Of a stretch of 64,000 bases of DNA, positions 58,945 to 64,000 are shown one piece after another; positions within the stretch are counted from its first letter, which is position 1, and the number at the start of each line of letters is the position of its first letter. Location: contig OZ242195.1 of NCBI GenBank assembly GCA_965205975.1, positions 3,520,001-3,584,000 on the forward strand. The letters are read 5' to 3'. Position numbers and translations under genes: made by a program. This DNA is from Candidatus Latescibacterota bacterium (GTDB taxonomy: Bacteria > Latescibacterota > UBA2968). The notes below the pieces were generated by a model that was not told the origin of the DNA, did not search any database, and worked only from the letters and a program-made list of their open reading frames with translations.

Positions 58945-59859
58945 ATGAACTTCCCCACTCTCACACACACCCAGCGCATCGACAGATTAGCACCGCCATC
59001 AGGTAAAGTGCGCGTGGTACTCGACACGGATACATACAACGAAGTCGATGATCAATTCGCCGTAGCGCACGCGCTCTTATCGCCCGAGAAAATCTCGGTC
59101 GAAGCCATCTACGCTGCGCCCTTTCACAACCAGCGCTCTAACGGACCGAGCGACGGCATGGAACGAAGCTATCGTGAAATCCTCCGCCTACTCAACCGCC
59201 TCAACATCCCCAACGACAACCTCGTATTTCGCGGCTCCACAAACTATCTCACGGGACCAGACACACCGCAAGACAACGACGCCGTGCGCGACCTCATCGA
59301 CAAAGCCCTGGCATCTCAGGACCCGCTCTACGTCGCGGCCATAGGCGCCATAACCAACGTAGCCTCCGCCATCCTCCTCGAACCCGAAATCATCAAACGC
59401 ATTATAGTCGTCTGGCTCGGCGGACACGAACACAGTTGGCCCAACACCCTCGAATTTAATCTGCGACAAGACATCCTCGCCGCGCGCATCATCTTCGACA
59501 GCGGCGCACCCCTTGTCCAGATCCCCTGCCGCAATGTCGCCTCTCACCTCCTCACCACACTGCCCGAACTCGAAACCCATGTGGCGGGCAAAAGCGCCAT
59601 AGGCGACTTCCTCACCGAAACCGTTCGCGGCTATCACAAAGACCACTACGCATGGGCAAAAGAAATCTGGGACCTCTCCGCCACCGCTTACCTCGTCAAC
59701 CCAAACTGGGTCCCAACCCAACTGGTACACAGCCCCATACTCACAGATCAAATAACCTGGAGCCATGACCCCAGTCGGCATTTCATGCGCGTAGCCACGC
59801 ACCTCAACCGCAACGCCATCTTCGCCGATGTATTCAGAAAACTGGAAAGATCAGGTTAA
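58945..59859 (+). CDS. Nucleoside hydrolase (IU-NH family)
   Basis: VVLDTDTYNEVDDQFA, IGAITNVASA, EFNL, IWD. Confidence 0.9.
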   Translation: MNFPTLTHTQRIDRLAPPSGKVRVVLDTDTYNEVDDQFAVAHALLSPEKISVEAIYAAPFHNQRSNGPSDGMERSYREILRLLNRLNIPNDNLVFRGSTNYLTGPDTPQDNDAVRDLIDKALASQDPLYVAAIGAITNVASAILLEPEIIKRIIVVWLGGHEHSWPNTLEFNLRQDILAARIIFDSGAPLVQIPCRNVASHLLTTLPELETHVAGKSAIGDFLTETVRGYHKDHYAWAKEIWDLSATAYLVNPNWVPTQLVHSPILTDQITWSHDPSRHFMRVATHLNRNAIFADVFRKLERSG

Positions 59860-59902
59860 ACAGTATCATTCATCACACACACCCCAACACAAGGAGTTTT
59901 AC

Positions 59903-60652
59903 ATGAGTGCAGCACTGGATTACGGAGTCCAAAGTTTTTGCTTTCGCTACTTCAAAGACAACGCCGACGTCGCCCAAAAAGTAAAAGACATCGGCCTCGA
60001 CAAAATCGAAGTCTGCCAGGCCCACGCCGACTTCAAAAACCCCGACGCCTGGAAAGACATCGTCAAAACCTACAACGACGCGGGCGTATCCGTCATCTCC
60101 ATCGGCGTACAAACCTTCACGGGCGACCCCGCTGAAAAATCCTACTTTGAATGCGCCGCCATTGCAGGTGCCAAACACATCTCCTGCCATTTCCAGCTCG
60201 AATCCTATCCCAAAGCCATCACACAGGTACGCGCCTGGAGTCGGGCATACGGCATACGCGTAGGCATTCACTGTCACGGCGGATATCACTTTGGCGGACA
60301 ACCCGGTGTACTCAAACACCTCATCGGCCTCGGCGCGCCCGAAATTGGCCTGTGCATCGACACAGCCTGGGCCTTGCAAATCGGTCCTCGCCAGGGCAAC
60401 CCCGTCAAATGGACAGAAGATTTCGCCGGACAAATCTACGGCATCCACTACAAAGACTTCGTCTTTGACCCCAATGGCCAATGGCACGACACCGTCGTCG
60501 GCGAAGGCACGCTCGACCTCCCGGCCTTTGTCGCTGGACTCGAAAAAAGCGGCTTTGACGGCATGGCCGTCATCGAATACGAAGCCGACGTCGAAAACCC
60601 CGTACCCGCTTTAACCCGATGCGTCGAAACCATGCGCGCATTAGCCGGGTAA
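59903..60652 (+). CDS. Sugar phosphate isomerase/epimerase (xylose-isomerase-like TIM barrel); start revised to 59903
   Basis: AAGGAG RBS; GIHCHGG, CIDTAW, HYKD, GEGTLD, IEYE. Confidence 0.85.
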   Translation: MSAALDYGVQSFCFRYFKDNADVAQKVKDIGLDKIEVCQAHADFKNPDAWKDIVKTYNDAGVSVISIGVQTFTGDPAEKSYFECAAIAGAKHISCHFQLESYPKAITQVRAWSRAYGIRVGIHCHGGYHFGGQPGVLKHLIGLGAPEIGLCIDTAWALQIGPRQGNPVKWTEDFAGQIYGIHYKDFVFDPNGQWHDTVVGEGTLDLPAFVAGLEKSGFDGMAVIEYEADVENPVPALTRCVETMRALAG

Positions 60653-60669
60653 TGCGTCAATCTATCAAC

Positions 60670-60704
60670 AAAAAAGAGCGAGTCCTTTTTAACTCGCTCT
60701 TTTT
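60670..60704. terminator. Bidirectional intrinsic terminator
   Basis: AAAAAGAGCGAGT/ACTCGCTCTTTTT between convergent genes. Confidence 0.85.
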
Positions 60705-60746
60705 CTATTACAACAATTCTTCATCAAGACAAGCTCTCATTTTGAG

Positions 60747-62177
60747 CTAATCACGTCCTTCCCCTCCTCCATCCACCTGCGATATATAGCCGATCTCCCT
60801 TCCCTCAATCTCCAACAATTCCTTCTTCTTCACTGCGGGTTTCGACGAGCCAATAAGCACAATAACGCCTCTATCCTGCAGGGCCGGGATATGCGTTTGG
60901 TATGACATGGCACTCAACGGATTATCCTCCACATCAACCAAATCCCCAGTACCCAATCCCGTATTTGCAACCAGAGGAGAAAGATCCGAGATCCTGTTGA
61001 TAAAAAGAATCAGCCTATCCAAACGGATCAAGCCCGATAGGGGCGTGATATCCGTGATGCTGTTGCGATCAAGAGACAGATCTGTCAGGTTGGCCAAACC
61101 CGATAGAGGTGTGAGGTTCGAGATGCTGTTGATGGAAAGATACAATGTTGTCAGATTGGTCAAACCCGATAAGGGCGTGACGTCCGAGATCCTGTTGTCG
61201 GAAAGAGACAGCAATCTCAGACTGGTCAAACCCGATAGAGGTGTGACGTCCGAGATCCTGTTGGTAAAAAGAATCAGCCTATTCAGACTGGTCAAACCCG
61301 ATAGAGGCGTGATATCCGTGATGTTGTTGATGGAAAGATACAATGTTGTCAGACTGGCCAAACCCGATAGGGGCGTGATGTCCGAGATGATGTTACTGGA
61401 AAGAAACAGCGATCTCAGACTGGCCAAACCCGATAGGGGCGTGATGTCCGAGATGATGTTACTGGAAAGAAACAGCGATCTCAGACTGGCCAAACCCGAT
61501 AGAGGTGTGAGGTTCGAGATGCTGTTGCGGGTAAGAAACAGTGTTCTCAGACGGATCAAACCCGATAGAGGTGTAATATCCGAGATGCTGTTGTTGGAAA
61601 GATTCAGATATGTCAGATTGGTTAAGCCTGATAGGGGTGAAATATCCGAGATGCTATTGCTATTGCTTAGACGCTCTTCCACTCTCTCAGTACCAAAATT
61701 CAAACTTGTCAGACGGGTGGCAAACTCAAGCCCGGTCAAATCCCTGATATTCGCATTCCGTGCCTCAATGCGCGTCAAACTCACCATATCACTCCGCGTG
61801 ATCGGCGCACCGCTCGCCTTGCCGAGAAGATCCTCGATAGCAGCGCGCAGATTCTCATCCGGAATGGCAACCATCGCTGCACCATCACCGCCAAAGGAAG
61901 GCACCTCTTTGCCAAAGTTGCTGATAAAAAGTAGAAAATCGGAAAATTCTATTTCGCCATCGCTATCCAGATCATATCTGGCATCATAACGCCCATCACC
62001 CTGACGTGCTCCAAACTGACCTGCAAACGCCAAAAAATCATATAAATCAACCTGACCATTACCATCAAAATCCGGGGTAAGGGCTTGATCACCCGCCGTA
62101 CTATTCTGTCCCGAAAGAGACAGCGGATGCATCAAAAGCGCGAATGTCGATAAGATAAACAGAATCTGTTTATGCAT
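60747..62177 (-). CDS. Secreted internalin-like LRR protein with N-terminal dockerin-like EF-hand pair; start revised to 62177
   Basis: 22-aa repeats LxxLxLxxNxIxDxxPLSGLxx; IPDENLRAAI cap; DFDGNGQVDLYDF. Confidence 0.9.
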   Translation of the reverse strand: MHKQILFILSTFALLMHPLSLSGQNSTAGDQALTPDFDGNGQVDLYDFLAFAGQFGARQGDGRYDARYDLDSDGEIEFSDFLLFISNFGKEVPSFGGDGAAMVAIPDENLRAAIEDLLGKASGAPITRSDMVSLTRIEARNANIRDLTGLEFATRLTSLNFGTERVEERLSNSNSISDISPLSGLTNLTYLNLSNNSISDITPLSGLIRLRTLFLTRNSISNLTPLSGLASLRSLFLSSNIISDITPLSGLASLRSLFLSSNIISDITPLSGLASLTTLYLSINNITDITPLSGLTSLNRLILFTNRISDVTPLSGLTSLRLLSLSDNRISDVTPLSGLTNLTTLYLSINSISNLTPLSGLANLTDLSLDRNSITDITPLSGLIRLDRLILFINRISDLSPLVANTGLGTGDLVDVEDNPLSAMSYQTHIPALQDRGVIVLIGSSKPAVKKKELLEIEGREIGYISQVDGGGEGRD

Positions 62178-63718
62178 CAGTTGTCCGGCCTCCATGTGCT
62201 GCCAGAACGCACAACAACCCCTCTGTCCCGAAGGGCTGGGATATGCGTCCTGTATGCTATGGTACTCAACGGATTACCCCTCAGATCAACCACATCTCCA
62301 GTATCCAATCCCGTATTTGCCACAAGAGGCGAAAGGTCTGAGATGCTGTTGCCGTAAAGATACAGTGTATTCAGACGGGTCAAACCCGATAAGGGTGTGA
62401 GATCCGTGATACTACTGTTGCGGTAAAGCATCAGCCTCTCCAGACGGATCAAACCCGATAAGGGCTTAAGGTCCGAAATGCTGGTGCGGGCAAGAGACAG
62501 TCGTGTCAGATTGGTCAAACCCGATAAGGGTCTGATATCCGAGATATTATTGCGAGTAAGCCACAACTCTGTCAGGTTAGTTAAACCCGATAGGGGCGTG
62601 ACGTCAGAGATGTCGTGATTGAAGGAAAGAGACAGATAAGTTAGACTGGTCAAACCCGATAAGGGCGTGAGGTCCGTAATGCTGTTGTCGTAAAGATTCA
62701 GCCATTCCAGACGGGTCATGCCAGATAAGGCCGTGATATCCGTAATCCTGGTAAAGCGTAGCCACAGCCATTCCAGACGGGTCATGCCAGATAAGGCCGT
62801 GATATCCGTGATGCTATTGTGGTAAAGAGACAACCTCTTCAGATTGGTCAAACCCGATAAGGGCGTGATATCCGTGATGTCGTTGAAGTAAAGATGCAGC
62901 CCCTCCAGGCGGGTCAAACCAGATAGGGGCGTGACGTCAGAGATGTTATTCTGGTGAAGAGCCAGCTCTGTCAGGTTGGTCAAACCAGATAGAGGCGTGA
63001 GGTCCGTAATGCTGTTTTCGGAAAGAATCAGTTCTGTCAGACTGGCCAAACCAGATAAAGGCGTGAGGTCCGTGAGCCTGTTGCGGGAAAGAGACAGATT
63101 TGTCAGATTGGTCAAACCAGATAGGGGCGTAAGATCCGAGAGTCTGTTGCCGGAAAGACTCAGATATGTCAGGTTGGTCAAACCAGATAGGGGCGTAAGA
63201 TCCGTTATGCTATTGCTGTTGGTATAACGCCCTTCCACTCTCACATCACCAAAATGCAGGCTTGTCAGACGAGTGGCAAACTCAAGACCTGTCAAATCCC
63301 TGATCTTCGCATTCCGTGCAACAAGGTGCGTCAAGCGTGCCATCTCATTCCTCGTGATCGGCGCACCACTCGCCTTGCCCAGAAGACCCTCGATAACAGC
63401 GCGCAGATTCCCATCCAGAATAACAACAAGCGCCACCTCATCACCACTTTTGCCAAAACTGCTGCTAAAAATCAGAAAATCGGAAAATCCAATTTCGCCA
63501 TCGCCATCCAGATCGTATCTGGCATCATAACGCCCATCACCCTGACGTGCTCCAAACTGACCTGCAAACGCCAAAAAGTCGGAGAAACCAACCTGACCAT
63601 CCCCATCAAAGTCCGGGGTAAGAGCTTGATCACCCGCCGTACTACTCTGTCCCGAAAGAGACAGCGGATATATCAAAAGCGCGAATGTTGATAGAATGAA
63701 CAGAATCTGTTTACACAT
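62177..63718 (-). CDS. Secreted internalin-like LRR protein, paralog
   Basis: Same architecture with more repeats; TGATG coupling to the downstream gene. Confidence 0.9.
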   Translation of the reverse strand: MCKQILFILSTFALLIYPLSLSGQSSTAGDQALTPDFDGDGQVGFSDFLAFAGQFGARQGDGRYDARYDLDGDGEIGFSDFLIFSSSFGKSGDEVALVVILDGNLRAVIEGLLGKASGAPITRNEMARLTHLVARNAKIRDLTGLEFATRLTSLHFGDVRVEGRYTNSNSITDLTPLSGLTNLTYLSLSGNRLSDLTPLSGLTNLTNLSLSRNRLTDLTPLSGLASLTELILSENSITDLTPLSGLTNLTELALHQNNISDVTPLSGLTRLEGLHLYFNDITDITPLSGLTNLKRLSLYHNSITDITALSGMTRLEWLWLRFTRITDITALSGMTRLEWLNLYDNSITDLTPLSGLTSLTYLSLSFNHDISDVTPLSGLTNLTELWLTRNNISDIRPLSGLTNLTRLSLARTSISDLKPLSGLIRLERLMLYRNSSITDLTPLSGLTRLNTLYLYGNSISDLSPLVANTGLDTGDVVDLRGNPLSTIAYRTHIPALRDRGVVVRSGSTWRPDN

Positions 63719-64000
63719 CAGTTTCTCCTTTCACCACCCTCCAACAATTCCGTCATCTCACGGAAAATATCTTGTTCTATCTTCTCCACCGCGGGCTTCA
63801 ACGCGCCAAAACGCAACTCAATCCCTCTGTCCTGAAGGATTGGAATATGCGTATTGATTGATGTAGCACTCAACGGATTATTCCGTACATCAACCCGATC
63901 TCCACTGCCCAATCCCGTATTTGCTACCAGAGGCGAAAGATCCGAAATGTTGTTGCTGGAAAGTGTCAGAAACCTCAGGCTGGTCAAACCTGAGAGTACA
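63718..64000 (-). CDS. Third LRR paralog, C-terminal part (cut by window edge)
   Basis: SDLSPLVANTGLGSGDRVDVRNNPLS C-cap shared with the other two; TGATG coupling. Confidence 0.85.
   Translation of the reverse strand, partial: VLSGLTSLRFLTLSSNNISDLSPLVANTGLGSGDRVDVRNNPLSATSINTHIPILQDRGIELRFGALKPAVEKIEQDIFREMTELLEGGERRN

Noticed and set aside
60907..61989. 360-aa antisense ORF
   Set aside because: Shadow of the LRR repeats
1..64000. tRNA, rRNA, integrase or transposase genes
   Set aside because: None recognised

Overview
Bacterial window of moderate to high GC. Gene content (TonB-dependent receptors, PorV-like barrels, GWxTD proteins, DUF6785-type membrane proteins, PhyH dioxygenases, LRR and EF-hand proteins) suggests an FCB-group lineage such as Latescibacterota, possibly host-associated; this is inference only. 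The left half (2.4-35.4 kb) holds two divergent copies of one envelope cassette: TonB-dependent receptor, then a secreted protein with a T9SS-like C-terminal domain, then its own PorV-like barrel. Three TPR-GWxTD genes flank these copies, with a DUF1552/DUF1592 cytochrome pair between them. Also present: a palindromic repeat array beside a GIY-YIG gene, several toxin-antitoxin modules or remnants, a frameshifted FN3/Ig/NPP1-like surface protein, catabolic genes, ackA, fumarase, a DUF6978/DUF1828-like pair and a tandem internalin-like LRR array. An unannotated ~400 nt structured non-coding element just upstream of ackA ends in an IS200/IS605 (TnpB omegaRNA-type) right end but has no tnpB. Several single-base frameshifts and one garbled duplication suggest long-read consensus errors. 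Family names come from motif recognition by eye, not database searches.
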